A DNA stretch of 57,924 nt from NCBI GenBank assembly GCA_002633005.1, contig NMRA01001089.1, positions 1-57,924 on the forward strand, given 5' to 3'. Shown here one piece after another: positions 36,801 to 50,160 of the stretch (position 1 is its first letter; each line of letters opens with the position of its first letter). The notes under the pieces are model-generated. The model saw nothing but the letters and a program-made list of their open reading frames with translations, ran no database searches and was not told where the DNA came from. The DNA is from Phoronis australis (lineage: Eukaryota; Animalia; Phoronida). The position numbers and the translations under genes are program-made.

Positions 36801-39800
36801 TTTAGCGAATCTGCGTCGTGACAACACCGTTTAAATAAAGTCACATTGAAAAGTCTGAAACTATTTATTTTCGGGTTATTTATGACACAGTTTCACTTCA
36901 GCGACATTATACCCGTGCTTTCTGCCGTTATCAAATTGGTCTCAAATTGAACCCGAGTTCAAATAGGTGTGATCACGTGACGTGGAAAGAGCTGTCAGCC
37001 CGTCATTGCTTATAGTATGCACATAAAATTCCTGGTCACGATGTGATCTGAAATTGTATTACCTCGGGTACGTTCCAAGCAAACTGACGACAATGTCTTG
37101 AATTTCAGGCAATTTTAAGATAAAACTTGAATTTGTTTCGATCAAGAGACCTTAGTTTGACTTAATTTGTTTACTTATATATGGCCTTAGTTTTGACCAT
37201 CTTACCGGATCAAGTTTTACAGTTTGGAAGTTGAGACAAAATGCGTCTTGGAATGGGTCCCTGGTATTAAGAAGCAACAGTCTGTCTGTTTTTCCTGAGC
37301 CCAGAGATCACATGTAAACGCGTTAGCAATAAAACAATAGCAATTTTATGCATGTAAATAACCTCAGTCAAAAATTGTTTCTGATTAAAAGCAGAGTTTT
37401 AACTTCAACATAGTCTTGATAGATTGTACTCACTGGACTTGCAAAGAGTAAGTAACCTGCAAGTAGCTCAATAAATTTGCTTACCGGACTAGATGTTTCT
37501 ATGTATGCGTAGTAGCCAGTGCACGTGACGTCGCAGTTCGGCCCAGTGTCGTAGGAAGGTGTAGACTGCCTGTGTAAAGACCAGTCGAAGTCGCTCTCTG
37601 ACGAGTGCACCAACTGGCAAAATGATCTTGAATTGAAATCGCACGAGACTGTTTGAACTGTGAAGGAAAGAATATGGTAAAACCCATGAAACTGTGATTG
37701 GCCGAAGTAAATAAGTTAAAAGCATAACAAAAGCTTCTTTGATCTAAAATTGGTTTTATCAACAGTTTTGCTAGTCAGTGACACCGTCTCACCTAGCAGT
37801 AGAGACGGTGGCCATACCATAGGCCCTCCACACGCTGGACGCTGGAAGCTTTTCGGTGAATTATGCCTCATACTGATTAACGTCAAAGCGACGTTGCTCG
37901 TTGCTGTAAGTATGTCTGTGCATGAAGGAACATGACCGTTAGGAGACCGTCGGTGTCTTTACTTCCTTTCAACTCGAACGAATACCCCCACAGGCCTTCG
38001 TTTAGTTGCCCAAATCGGCAACTGGCCATTTTTACACTGCTCGCGCCCGAGGACATGACTGCAGTAGCCATTTCGCCACTCGTAGGAACCTAGCTCTATA
38101 GTCCCTACCTGGGCTTATGCTGATTGCGGAGGAGGAGGATTGTAGGTAGGGTACCGTGCCGCACTCGCCGACCATGAAGTCATCTATAGCATAATCACTG
38201 TATGGGTGATTACCAATAACTGATCTTATGATGAGCTGAAATAGTTACAAGGTATCGTAATCACTCTGTAATGAGCTCTAAAATTTGCTCAACACAAATA
38301 CACTATTACGGAAAACAGATCCAAAAGCATAATTAATTTAAATAATCAGGGCGGTATAAGTATGCCTGACGATGAGACATTATGGACTCTCAAAAGCAGT
38401 CTTCATTTCGTGCGTTGTCTTTATCATGTTTGTTGGCAATTTTGTACGTATACTACTAGTGTATTTGTACATACGGGCCGCACGAGTTCGTAGGTTTATT
38501 AAGGTTATATAGCAATGTCTCAATATGGCTACGTCAGGGCATCATTTCTCGGTTGATCATATCCACAGGGAATTTTCAGTTGATGCACTGATTTACGCAC
38601 TGTTCTCCACAATAATACTCTGTTCTCCGCAACATTACTCTGTTAGGAATAGTTTTAAAATGTTCCGCTTTTACGTGGAGTGTTACGAAAATAGGACTTT
38701 TATGACTTTCATGAAAAAAAAAACACAAAAGCTGCATGAAACAAAACCAAAACGATAATTTAGAAAATTAAACGGCGTTTTTGAAATTTCATCATAAACA
38801 TTGATTTCAAACAAATTTGGCCATGTTATTGATACCGTTGTTTTGCTTTCAATTTACCTTTCTTTTTCCCAAATCTACTAAAAAAGACAAAGTTGTCACG
38901 TGACTCCATTGACGTCATATTGGTAAACAAATCTAAATCAAATTCTAAAATCTTTCTACGTTAAAAATGTATACTTGTACGATGTTACCTACTAGGTTAA
39001 AAACACATCTGAACGTGTGCTATTAACTTCGTCTGTGGACTACGTGTGACAGTTTTTAATTGTTCGCAAGAATTCTCAGCTTTCAATCTTTCCAAGAATA
39101 TTCCTTGATATTCATAACTAGAAAAACTTGAATTTTTCACAATTCAAGTTACTTTAGCTAGATTAAGTTCGATCCTAAGCCTGGGGCGTCTGTTGCACGA
39201 GCTGATCTACTAGCGCAGACTCGTAATTTAGTATTAAATCACATAGTACATTTTGGGACAGAAATAGTTGGCTTGTGGTGAGACGAATGCACACATCACC
39301 AAAATACTCATTCGTGGCATTATCAAACCGGCCACAGATCCACAACATTTCACATCATTAACGGTATTTGATGTCGCGTTTGATAGAATATTCTACGCAC
39401 CACGAACTGAGCAGTGACGTTAAAATCTTGCCGCACTGCAATCCATTGTTCTTTAGATATCTTATTCGTGGTCCACATGGGTGTAATTGTTCCCGTTCTT
39501 TCATGCAGAGTTACTTCTAGCGACCCAATCCACTGTCCGTAACCATAGTAAATCATGGTAAAGGTCATACATCCGGTGTTGCTATGCAACAGTGGGGTCA
39601 TGAGCTCTGCAAAGTCGTTGCTGGTCGTATACGTAGCATCTGAAAATAGGAGTTAGTCTGCAGTGTATTGAGCGGTTATCTACTCCTGAGAAATTATTTA
39701 TTTGAAACGCATTAATCTGTTCGTTTGCGACAGTGTTTCTTATTATTGTAACGTTTGAAAGCTTATAAACAAATGGGAAAAATGATAAGTAATTTGTCAC

Positions 39801-42800
39801 TTAAGAGATAGAACATTTTGAGAACCACTTTATTCAGTGGAGGAAACTGGTTCTCAAAATGCGGGACTACATAAGTGACTATCACCCTCGACCGCTTGAT
39901 TGTATCGAGCAGTTTCTGTTTTGCACAGTTTTAACTGTTCATAATCTGCTTGATGTAGATGACACTGAAGACAAACCAGCTAATGCGTAGCATCCGAAGC
40001 CACTATAGGGAGAAGACGGTCCAGTTCCTGGGGTACCGGACGATCCGTCTTCTGACTTCCAGTCAAAGTTGTCCTGTCTTAAGTTGGTTAGACTGCACAA
40101 GTTGCAGGACACAGTACCGAAGTCACATGACAAAACATCTGAAAATGATGGAGATTAAATTGATTGACGTTGGCCCCAGTGATGACATTTCTCTGCACCG
40201 TACAACATGTTTTTCTAATAGGAAGAATGATTTTGCGTGACGATTGCTATTAATTGTATTTCGATACACGTTGATTGTCGTATTATGAAAACAGGGTTGA
40301 ATCTCGCGAAGGATTTTAGCGCTATCAATTACTTTGCTGTGATACATGGTAATATCTCGCCTGGTCTTGCGTCTTAACTGGTTCTCGCGTCCACATTACT
40401 CACGCGTGAACTTAGGTAAATGAAAATAACGTCGCTACAAAACCCGGTGTACCGCGTAAGAACTTACTTTTGGAGGGCATAATTGATTGAGACACGTTGT
40501 AAGACAGACTGTTGAAACGATAGATTTTTATTTCATCGATGGCAAAGTCACTGTTGTAGCTCGATCCAACTGTTCCAATGAAGGCCACCTGTAAATGTAT
40601 AAAGAGGTCATTAGCCATTTTTGCTGCGCGAGATCCTTCAGTCCTAGGACAACCACCACAAATACTTACACTTGTTCGTTTCACAATAAAATGTTGGCAA
40701 TTAGTGAGAGATCGACTAAACCTCCGCCGAAGTCATTTGTTTTTGACAAAGTTGTGGGTATTTTTATCGCCATTTGCTTAAACTTACTGTACCCGATTCG
40801 TCAAAATTGAGTGAGCCGTGTCACGTGGGTTCTCTTCAGAATCCAGTTAGTATGGTTTCGATAGGCTCAGGTCAAATCCCGGACAATTTGTGTTTGCATT
40901 TCCTGGATTTTCGCCATCAATGGTTTTAGTTGTTCGCTCGTCTCGCTGGTTTATAAAACTTGCAGTACGTAGGAATTGAATAGTACTCCACCCGTATACC
41001 CACTTACGTTGTTAATTTCTTTTCGCTAACTACAGCTTTCCAATTCAATAATTGATCGCTCTCCGAGATCTCTCGGCCGTTTTTGTTTTCTTCTGAGGAG
41101 CCTTCGTGGATCTTCTATAAATGTGGAATATATATAGCCTCTCAATAAATCTTTGAAACTTACATTGAAGTTATCTGCTGAGGTTACGTTGATTGTTTCT
41201 TTGTTCCAGTTGATATCGTTTGCATTTCCAAAAATTGACCGGGACCACACGTCGTAGTCTCCTGTGCCTAAAACATACAGAACACGACGCTAGACCTCAA
41301 GCAACACTTTTTCACTTCTAAGACAAATAATATGACAATATGCTGGTTCTGCTAGAGAGTTCTGTCTGTATGTAGCGGCGGGTACCAGCCGAGAGTAGCT
41401 CGAAAATTGCGCCTCACTTGTACGGATATGAAATTGCCATCTGCATATTTGATTACTTTAAGTCAGTGCTCGCCATATTGACTCGGGCTCAGCTATCTAT
41501 AAAAGTCCTTGATTAAGATATTTTTACATTCAGTATGAACAAAATTCGTCCTTTAGCTTTCTCTCTTGCTACACTCGGTTTGGGACGAAATATCTTTTAA
41601 TTTTATAATTGCCATTATCTGTTTTTTGATCTATTATATTGGTTCAGTCATGGGCAAATAAATAATATCCACATTTACACGAACCTGAAATAATTGTGTT
41701 CACAATTGAAACCTTTAGCGACCCCATGGCGCTTCCGCGGGCGAAGTGGTAAAATTCAATCTGGTAGACTCCTGGGCCTAATGTTGGCGACAAGAGATCA
41801 GCGTGGTCATTGAGTTTCTGAAAATACCAATCATTAAAATCCATTGGTTAGCACATGCAAATTTGATGCAGTCACTTTAGAAAATCACGTCCAAAGTTAA
41901 ACAGATGCAAAACTGCTTGAAGACCGCCTTCTGTTAAAACTAAAGATAGCTTTTTATTAAAGCAACGTGCCATCATAAAACTGGTCTCAATATGTTAATT
42001 CAGTACCTTGTCGAGAAGTAATTTTCTATACAGGTCGTTATTGCTCGGCTCATGAAACGACCACCCCCCAATTTTTATATGGACTAAACCAAAGCTTTGT
42101 TGTTTCTTTGGAAAAAGGTAGATAAATAACTTTAAAAGACATAGTCGGTATCGGTTAACCACTCTTCCTTTTTCAACAGGCCACCGTCATGGAGATATAG
42201 TAGCTAGATGTACCACGAAATTCACATCGGAAGCATTTTGCCGTATTCAGTACTATAGGAAGTCCCTACTAGGCTTCCTGGTACCCCTTACAATGACAGG
42301 TCTGCATTTTAGTAAAGGGATTTAGATTCGCACGAATCCAAGGCGCGTAGCGCCGACCGGGGGAGGTCGGGAGGTGGAAACACCGTGTACGATTTTTTGG
42401 GGGGGGTTTTGTAGCTGATTTCGTTTTCCTGACAGCGTTTTTTACTGTTATTTTTAATCCTGTCCCGGGGAGTTAAACTCCATGGACAATCCCGTAGACC
42501 CGCCTCTGCCGTATAAGCGGGACAGAAGGGTTTGTTGTAAATACTTATTGTTCATTACTGGGCACATGACGAATATAAATACTTATATTCTGTCCGTGAA
42601 TTACGGCATGTAGTCTAGTTACTACACAAAAACCTCCCTAGTAATTCAATAAATTCGTCTGTTTCTGTTTCTGTGATGACGTCAGAGGGTAGGCACCGGG
42701 ATAGTCTCTGGCCCTCCTCCTTCCAGTATCGCACGCAATGTAAATTTGGAGATGCAACCAAGTTCGTGCTGGTTAAATAAATTCGTAATAAGAGGTACTT

Positions 42801-45672
42801 TACTGTGCATTGTAAATTTAGAATATAAATGACCATGATATCTCGGAGCTCTTTCAACTTTAAAGCTCGAGTGGTGCGAACCGTTTACTGTTACCTGCCT
42901 TAGGGTCAGCTTCTTGTCGATGCTATTCTGAGAACAGCCTCCCGTTCAGTAACGCTAGGACCTCGCTAAAAAGCAAGACTTCGCGAGATTATGTGAGATA
43001 TAGCCGTGCATTTTAAATGAGAGCACGTGACTTTGACTAGGTTTTAGCTAGGTCCTAGCGTAGGTCCTAGCGTCTACTGAACGCACGCCAGTTTTATAAC
43101 TGTTCGGAAAATGATCTAAATCAGTGTTTGGTTTAGTTGGCAAGCGGTAAGTTATACTGTAGTTTTAAAAAGTAAGCTTCGATTTCTCACCTTCTTTTTT
43201 TCAAAAATATCTGTAAACACTTACATGTGTAAGTTTCGCTTTGCATGTTACATTATAAATTTATAATATTTTCATTGGTCTGTTTATCCTATGTGTTGAA
43301 ACTCATCCGTCTACTTAAGGCAAAATTGTATAAGTACAAGTACATGTAAGTACCAAAGAGACTTCAATATAATGAAATGTATTTGTTTGTACACATCTCC
43401 AACTTGTTTGAAAAATATTTCGTCGTCTTACTCTGGGTGAAGATGCTTCGATGTAGGCGAAATAGCCCGATAAGCCCATTCCGTACGATGGTCCCGTGTT
43501 AGTTGAGGGTGTTTTTGTACCGGTGGACCAGTCGAACTTGTCGTTTGAAGTGGCTTGAGTGAAATTACTGAAGGATCCGAAGTCGAACGAACAACTCTGT
43601 ACCACTGAAATCAATGAAAATGAAGGTGAGTATACATTCATATTTGAACAGAAACACGAACAGTTAAAAAATCACATTTTTCGGATCTTAAAAATATAAT
43701 AAAATAATTGCAGGCGATCTGATACACGTTGTACCAGACGTGCGCAGGCCTCGCATGTGGGCCCATTGCACTGATCACCTGGAAATATTTTTATGCTTTA
43801 TTAATATGTGGTTAAAAATCACATTTTTCAGATCTTACTCCACACTGTTAAATCGCATACGTCTAGATCAGAATTATTTTTGAAGGACAGACAAAAATTT
43901 CAAATCCATTGGTGTTTAGCACTTACGTTCTTTATCCGTACTGCCATTGGAATGATCAATCAATATGACTAGAAGAAGAATTGCTGAAACAAAAAAGTAT
44001 GGTGTTACAGCTGAACAGGACAAAATGCAAGTCCACTTCTCCCAGTGTAGAGGAACATCTTAATAAAGCAATACATATGGCTTGGAGTGCCTGGATACAA
44101 AGATTACTGGCTGGATGAAGCGTACATTATATTTTAGCGACAGCTTTAATTGGTACGCTCGAAAACTCTTAACAGAGATTTTAGCTTCATGAAAGTGATA
44201 ACCCTCAGTAAACTGAGTCAGCAACATTATCTGCCAATTCCTAGGGAAAACATTGCGCCATCGTTGTATTAAACGTGAACTTCTATACATTTTCATGGTG
44301 AGCTAGGTTGTGAGGAAGCAAACCTGAAACCATAAATGACTGAGTTCGGACTTTTTGTGCTAGGTTCACTTCCTGTCTCGATATTTTGTGTTGGTCTTCC
44401 TGACGCTCAAGCATTTATCCATGTTTTTTTCCAATAGGTAGGGTTTGTGGGTCGTGTCGCTAAGCCTGGCGAGTATTTTGCTCTGTCTAGTGGGTAACTA
44501 TTTGCATGCCCTGTTGGGTATCGTCACAGGTGCACATTTTGCTCAGGTGGGTGTTCCCCCCAACCCCGTTAGATATCATCTCCGGCTTTTGTTTGCCTTT
44601 GAGGCCTGTGTTAGTTAGTAAACGAAAGAAATTCGGTACTGCCTCGGGTATCGTAAAACCTGCTACTGATATATTGGTGAAATGGTGCATTTTGGAAATT
44701 AAATAGTCATGTCCGCCGACTGTAAATCCAGGGCTTTATATTCGAATATAACTGCCTTATAGTATTCTTCGGATATAAAGCTAGCCATCGTTTCTTTGAA
44801 TGCTGTCAATCATGATGACCGAAATTTTGACGCCTGTACGCTCTGACTGACTAAACCCATTTCGTAAAACACATTGAATATCTAATAGAAAAACTACACA
44901 TTATTTTGAAGGGACGCCCTGTTCTTTTTTAATCACTTTGTCGAATTCACCGGTACTGGAGTACAGAAATGTGGATATATACGGTGTATAGTGCTCAGAC
45001 GGCGAACGATGATAACGTTTGGCGATTGAGGGGACAATTATAGGAATACATGTACGATTCATTTCAAATGTCCTCAAACAATTTCTGATTTTGGCGATTC
45101 ATTCATACGTTTGTAACGGTAATTTTTCACAATATTAGCCTGCAATATGACGTACACTTGAAACGTCATTTTGTCCAGATTAAGAAAAATTTAAATATCA
45201 CAAAACAACATTTGATAAAAGTTTCCATTACCTGCACCGTAAAAATCAGCCTTTGACAAATGAAAAAAATGACAAATTTGACAGTTATTTGTGTGCGAAA
45301 TTAATGAAGAATTACCTTACGTCAAAATGATCATACTTGAAATTGTCTCGAAATAAAAAATACGACGTTCCCGTACTAACAGAGCAGAGATTCACAAAGC
45401 TATTGAACTCTTGCAAAAGACTTGCATTCAACGAATTACTCAGGAACATGCAATGTATCTTTTTAAACTAGACAGGCCCAGTACTTCCTTGCCGTTGCTC
45501 TGTCAGTTATTCGCCACATTCTGCCAAAACTTAAGGACTAATACATTGGTTCCTGGCTCATACCACTATGTTTAGCGGTCCGAGGTTCCTGGCGACGAGT
45601 CAGACAATATACTACCGAGTCCAATATCTTAAGTTAGTTCCATTTACCTGTCAGTAGCCTCATTCTGTGCAT
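30806..45672 (-). CDS. Type I membrane protein: signal peptide - 3 MAM domains - CUB domain - TM - cytoplasmic tail (~860 aa, 15 exons)
   Basis: Exons on the minus strand: 45672-45648, 43983-43927, 43604-43432, 41817-41685, 41267-41164, 40588-40468, 40138-39977, 39639-39401, 38235-38109, 37657-37485, 35132-34899, 33811-33694, 33104-32935, 31886-31631, 31296-30806. All are GT-AG, phase-compatible and total 2583 nt. Signal peptide MHRMRLLTAILLLVILIDHSNG. MAM motifs CxFD...FDW...TPSxxTGP...YAYIExS...DxAIDxx occur three times. CUB motif GSISSPGYP...YPNN...DLDVESCCDKL...FTSD...GF. TM FVGGGIGIGVMIFIITISCI followed by RYKKR. Confidence 0.9.
31959..32065 (+). mobile_element. Partial copy of the 50161-50317 MITE family
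   Basis: Starts CAGTGG and shares ctcccagattcca(c/t)ttggcagttcg...gtctgacgggcaa. Confidence 0.6.
32443..32637. mobile_element. Fold-back MITE with ~70-bp TIRs, CAC termini (Transib-like), imperfect 5-bp TSD
   Basis: CACGGGTGAGAAACAACATGACCGCCGG... pairs with ...CCGGCGGTCATGTTGTTTCTCATCCGTG. Flanks are CTGAT and CAGAT. Confidence 0.75.
34432..34515 (+). repeat. Tandem duplication, 2 x 42 bp
   Basis: tctcacgctgtcgatagtcgcgcatgtgtatgtt(c/t)actggta occurs twice with one mismatch. Confidence 0.9.
37815..37900 (+). repeat. Dispersed repeat; second copy at ~52826-52905
   Basis: Both copies share ggaagcttttcgg(t/c)gaattatgcctc...tcaaag..acgttg. Confidence 0.7.
42940..43090. mobile_element. Palindromic MITE; related partial copy at ~50355-50412
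   Basis: cgttcagta.cgctaggacct pairs with aggtcctagcg..tactgaacg. The gagcacgtga...ttttagctagg...tgaacgcacgcc segment recurs at ~50357-50411. Confidence 0.6.
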
Positions 45673-45930
45673 GTGGTCCAATACTATATGGTGAGTATCA
45701 AAAGTACATGGACAACTGCATTATTACTAGATTCCCACTCAGTTTTTCGTCAGTAACTGCTCTTGCGCAATCTGTCAACTCCCGTGGGTCGCCATGTTGC
45801 TTTCACTGTGTGTTAGATTCAATAAACTAATATAACCTTGAGTTCAACAGGCAGACCTATTATCTGATTGTCCGCTTTGTCAATAGAGTAGCCATAACAT
45901 AGTATACCTGGAAACGTGTTTGGATGGAGC

Positions 45931-45956
45931 TTTATACATTTGCCACAGGGGGCGCA
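45931..45956 (-). promoter_or_regulatory. Candidate promoter of the MAM-CUB gene: TATA box plus adjacent CTCF-like site
   Basis: TATAAA on the minus strand at 45931-45936, about 260 nt upstream of the ATG. GCCACAGGGGGCGCA at 45942-45956 (+) resembles the CTCF core. Confidence 0.4.
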
Positions 45957-47540
45957 CTATTGCAAGAAAGCGAGCTCTTGATGCTGGAGCCAGTGAGTGA
46001 AGATAATTTACTCATACCCGAATCATTTTCAGTTGCTCAATCTTAGTACAATACTGAAAGATCAAAAGTTACCGTCCAAATTCCATTGGTTCTTGATTTC
46101 TTTGCACGAGGTTAGTTCTTTTTAATCTTAACCCGGCTGGCTCCGGTTACAGTATTAAAACACACCGGTCTTCAGTTTCACTAACTGCAGTGCATACTAC
46201 TGTCATCAATAGTCGGGGTGTTTTGCATGGTGTTAACGACATGAGATATTCTGTTTATAGCATGACTTGTAAGCAGAATACCGAGGCTTTTTAGCAAGTG
46301 TTGAATAATTGTTGTTTTAGAACAAAGTGTGGAATGGACAACTACTTGAACTGGAGTGACATTGCTTTGTAAATATACATGGACTTCGTGTACGATGGCC
46401 GTAAGGTAACTTTCTTGTTGGAAATCGGCTAGATCATGCAAGTTTGCACATTATATCACCATCTACGAGAAAGCGAAACACGTTATCACTCTCGCTTTAT
46501 TCGAGAATTTCCTGCATCAACGGAACGCACCTGTTGATTGTGGGTGAGTGGTGTGGTTACTGGTGTCTTTTAATTCAGAATAGCTTCAGAATGAAGGAAA
46601 GGTTGCGGAAACTGGTGTCATTTGGGCGTGCCACTCAGAAACATAAATACGTTTTTGAATAGACTGCTGTTGACTAAAAATAATCTTTGATTTTAGCAAC
46701 TTTCTTAACGTGTTAATGGCAATTTCGTGCCCTGAAAATTATCTCCCGAAGAACTGCTACTGAAGTAGTTTGGAAGAGTTGTTTGATATAGTCTTTTGAA
46801 GGACATCATTAATTTTTTATTGTAGGCGTGTGCGAATGAAGCTCATGCGTTTACATTATCAAGCTTTTTAGTAATTGGTTACTGTAACATATTAAAGAAC
46901 TCGTAATATACTTCGAGTACTCAAGAATTTTGATTAGGCGCATGTAAATATGAATAAAAATGACTTCAAACATCAGAAATTTTCTTGTATCATATCTAAG
47001 TATTTTATTTCAAAAGTTTTTGCTTAAATATAAAATATTCTTGAATTTCGTAACATAAGGGGCTTTGTCCATTTCTCTCTACTGAATGCAATGAATTTCG
47101 CTCAATTGTTAATGGAAAAAATAAAAGAAAGTTACCAGTGGTGGTGTCCGTCCGGTCGTCCATTCGTCCGGCGTTCGCGACTGTAACTCCTAAACTGCTC
47201 GCATGGTGGCAGATGTGTTCAATACCATCGCTCGTTCAGAACTACATGTATCTCCCACTCACTAAACACAACCGACCATCTTTGACGGCAGTGGCGGATC
47301 TAGGATATCACAAGGGGGGCCAACATTGTGTCCGGCTGTAAGCATTTGCACAAACTGAACCACGATTGTAGAGGCGCATAGCACCGAAGTGGGGGGAGGT
47401 CGGGTTTGCCCCCCTCACGCCCAAGAAATTTTTCTGTTTTTACCTCTAAAAATCAAGCATTTTCCTTGATTCCTGAAGTATTATCCAAGACAAAAAAGGC
47501 AAAAAAAAACGGAGAACGTGTCGAACAAAAAACACTGCAA

Positions 47541-47606
47541 GAACCCGAGATTCGAACTCCCGACCTGGCGGATAGAGCGCGCGTACGTTACTACTACACC
47601 ACCACG
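47541..47606 (-). mobile_element. tRNA-like Pol III head (SINE fragment or tRNA pseudogene)
   Basis: The minus strand has A-box-like TGGTGTAGTAG and B-box AGTTCGAATCT. The stems are not canonical. Confidence 0.45.
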
Positions 47607-48152
47607 ATTTAACTACTGTACTAATCTGGTACTAAGAGACCTACTTAACAAATTTGTCGCATTTAAAATAGTCTTCAAACGCCCAAAAGACCAAATCCGT
47701 TTCTTCGTGTTGGCAATAATGACGGGATTGCTTTGGAAATCGTCTTAAGGTAAGGTTTGACAAAGAGAGTATTGCGAGTTTCTGAGTGATTCACTAAGGC
47801 TTCGATTAAACACATCTTATCAGCAGCTTCTGTTTTTCATCGTCACTCAGGTTCCATTTTCTTTAAAAAATGAAGTACATTTTCTTCATTGCACAGTGGA
47901 GCAGACGACGGAACGGAGTCGCAGTGCGCAGCTCCACTGCCGGTCGCCTGGGATATCGCGGGAGAGCCTATACTTAGCCATAGTTCCGTTACGAATGCGC
48001 CGTGTTCCGAATTTGACACTTGAAATTGGATTTGAGCCCGCCCCCCAAACCTCAACTCACACATTTAAATCTTTTTTCATCCGTATAATTTTAATTACCA
48101 AGGTTAATTAATAAACTCAACATTTCCCTACGCTCTTACTGTTTTATTTTTT

Positions 48153-48337
48153 NNNNNNNNNNNNNNNNNNNNNNNNNNNNNNNNNNNNNNNNNNNNNNNN
48201 NNNNNNNNNNNNNNNNNNNNNNNNNNNNNNNNNNNNNNNNNNNNNNNNNNNNNNNNNNNNNNNNNNNNNNNNNNNNNNNNNNNNNNNNNNNNNNNNNNNN
48301 NNNNNNNNNNNNNNNNNNNNNNNNNNNNNNNNNNNNN
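48153..48337. other. Assembly gap (N run) ending in poly-G, probably within a MITE
   Basis: The N run is followed by G-tract...cccccttaaatccgcctatg, resembling the terminus of the CAGTGGCGGAT MITE family. Confidence 0.95.
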
Positions 48338-48888
48338 GGGGGGGGGGGGGCGGGCCCCCCTTAAATCCGCCTATGAGACGGTAATAATTCATGCCGGAAA
48401 AATGGGCAAACACGCGCTTGACCTTCCAAATTTCAAAGATATTGTACCTTTATAAATATTTACATTTTTTTAGACTTTGTGTAGAAAAAACAGTGATAGT
48501 AACCAACCACTGTCGTGTGAATGGGTGTCCTGGACTTCGATGTGCAAGCAATAAGAAACGCAGCAAAAAGGTAATAACGTTATTGTGAATAAATACCATT
48601 ACAATCAAGCACTGCACACAATGTATCGTTCATAACCGATAGTTCTAGCGCTCAAAAGTAAAATATATGTTGGCACATTCATTAACAAAAATATAAATAG
48701 ATTTTCCAAGCCATTTTTTGTAAATTAATAGTGGTAGATAAATTTTAAAATCCTGAAAATCTCCAACATAAAAATACGAAGAATAAATTACTGTCAATAT
48801 TGCACACACGAAATCCAGTAGATAAACCAGGATATGCATATCTGTTAATAAATGATTAACTGGTCATAATGGACTTGTGAGTCTCTAA

Positions 48889-49515
48889 TCAGGCCCATCC
48901 TTTGTCTAATGTTAGGTTAGAGTCGTAGCATGCAAACTCTCTATGCACAGCCTCCAGTGTAAAACCTCCTGATTCCAAAGCAGTTTTGACTCTTTCGTAA
49001 TGAACACGGGCATCGTTCCTGCCCACTCCATAGCATCGTAAGGTTACGAAGTTGAGGAAACTTCCGTCTGTACGATTAGTCTTAAAAGCGGATCGGGACA
49101 TGTGCACGCCGTTGTCTTTAGCGAAATTTGATAATTTCTGTTTATCTTCTTCGTTGCTCAGGACGATTTTGTAGTGAAATTCGAAGTATAGCCTGGGGTC
49201 GTAAACATCTGTTGAATATTCGGGCAAGCCCTTTGCAGAAAACCCCGCTTCTATTTTCTGCCTGATAATATCAAATTTCCTCGACCTCAGGTTAGCCGCA
49301 AGTTGCGTCATTATTTGGAAAACACTGGCGAATGTGCCCGGGTGATGCGATGACGTCATTAGCTGCTTTGGCGATTCCCCGTAAGGAAGTTCGATCAAAA
49401 CGGGTTTAACGTTCAGGTCTTTGCATGCCTTCTTGAATTGCTGTACACCACTGTCGCCATCTATTGTCACCGTAAGGTGAATTTCAAATATTCCGGAGAT
49501 GTTGTGGGAAGACAT
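48889..49515 (-). CDS. 208-aa intronless conserved hypothetical protein of prokaryotic/giant-virus-like family (HGT candidate)
   Basis: Clean 627-nt ORF with motifs FEIHLTV, KPVLIEL.G..P.QLMTS, R.KIEA, YFEFHYKI, HMSRSAFK, FVTLR, REF..YDSN..LD.GW. From memory these match an uncharacterised bacterial/NCLDV family. A splice acceptor (tttattttcAG) lies one base before the ATG. Confidence 0.85.
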   Translation of the reverse strand: MSSHNISGIFEIHLTVTIDGDSGVQQFKKACKDLNVKPVLIELPYGESPKQLMTSSHHPGTFASVFQIMTQLAANLRSRKFDIIRQKIEAGFSAKGLPEYSTDVYDPRLYFEFHYKIVLSNEEDKQKLSNFAKDNGVHMSRSAFKTNRTDGSFLNFVTLRCYGVGRNDARVHYERVKTALESGGFTLEAVHREFACYDSNLTLDKGWA

Positions 49516-50160
49516 TCTGAAAATAAATTCGGCAATGTTACTTGTCTGCGACTAAGCACTAGTAAAAATGACAATTTGGTAAATGTGAAATAGCTGAGGA
49601 ATTTGAAATAACAGCCTATGGTGGTGTGCGGACCAACTTAAGACAAAGTCACTAATATAAGTAGCCGCTTTGTATACTGTACAAAATCCACAGTTTCGAC
49701 CTTTTTATGTACGATTTTCCAGCAACTGCCAGCACATGCTTTATGAAGCAGGTATGTTGTGAAATATTTATAAAAACATGCATTGCCCCGTGGATGTATC
49801 TGCACAGATCACAGTACAAGTGGACTTGAAAAGGCAATTGATCTCCGTCGGGCCTCTTGGGTTAACTTGTTACATGATAAAAATTCTAAGCAGTCTCCCA
49901 CTTTCACCGCATTTGTGGACATGTGAAAACACTGATCGTCTTTCTTATGCTGTTTTATCTTCATTGCTCACTGTAAGTCAATTTCTGGCTTTGATATTGA
50001 CTGAGAGTAAACTCTACGGTGACTTCTCATAATATATACAGGGAACTTTTCATCTTACGGCCCTAATTGAAGGACTAAATCCCTATTCGTTTTCATTGGG
50101 GCACAATGCAGCTTTTAGATATTTTATTATAAAACATATTATTCAAAGAGCAGTTCCTGA

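Noticed and set aside
37206-37300. Apparent extra MAM-like exon (DPFQDAFCLNF, with a GTAAG donor)
   Set aside because: Exon 37657-37485 (phase 0) joins exon 35132-34899 directly to give a complete MAM domain. At this segment's nearest acceptor the phase-0 frame hits a stop.
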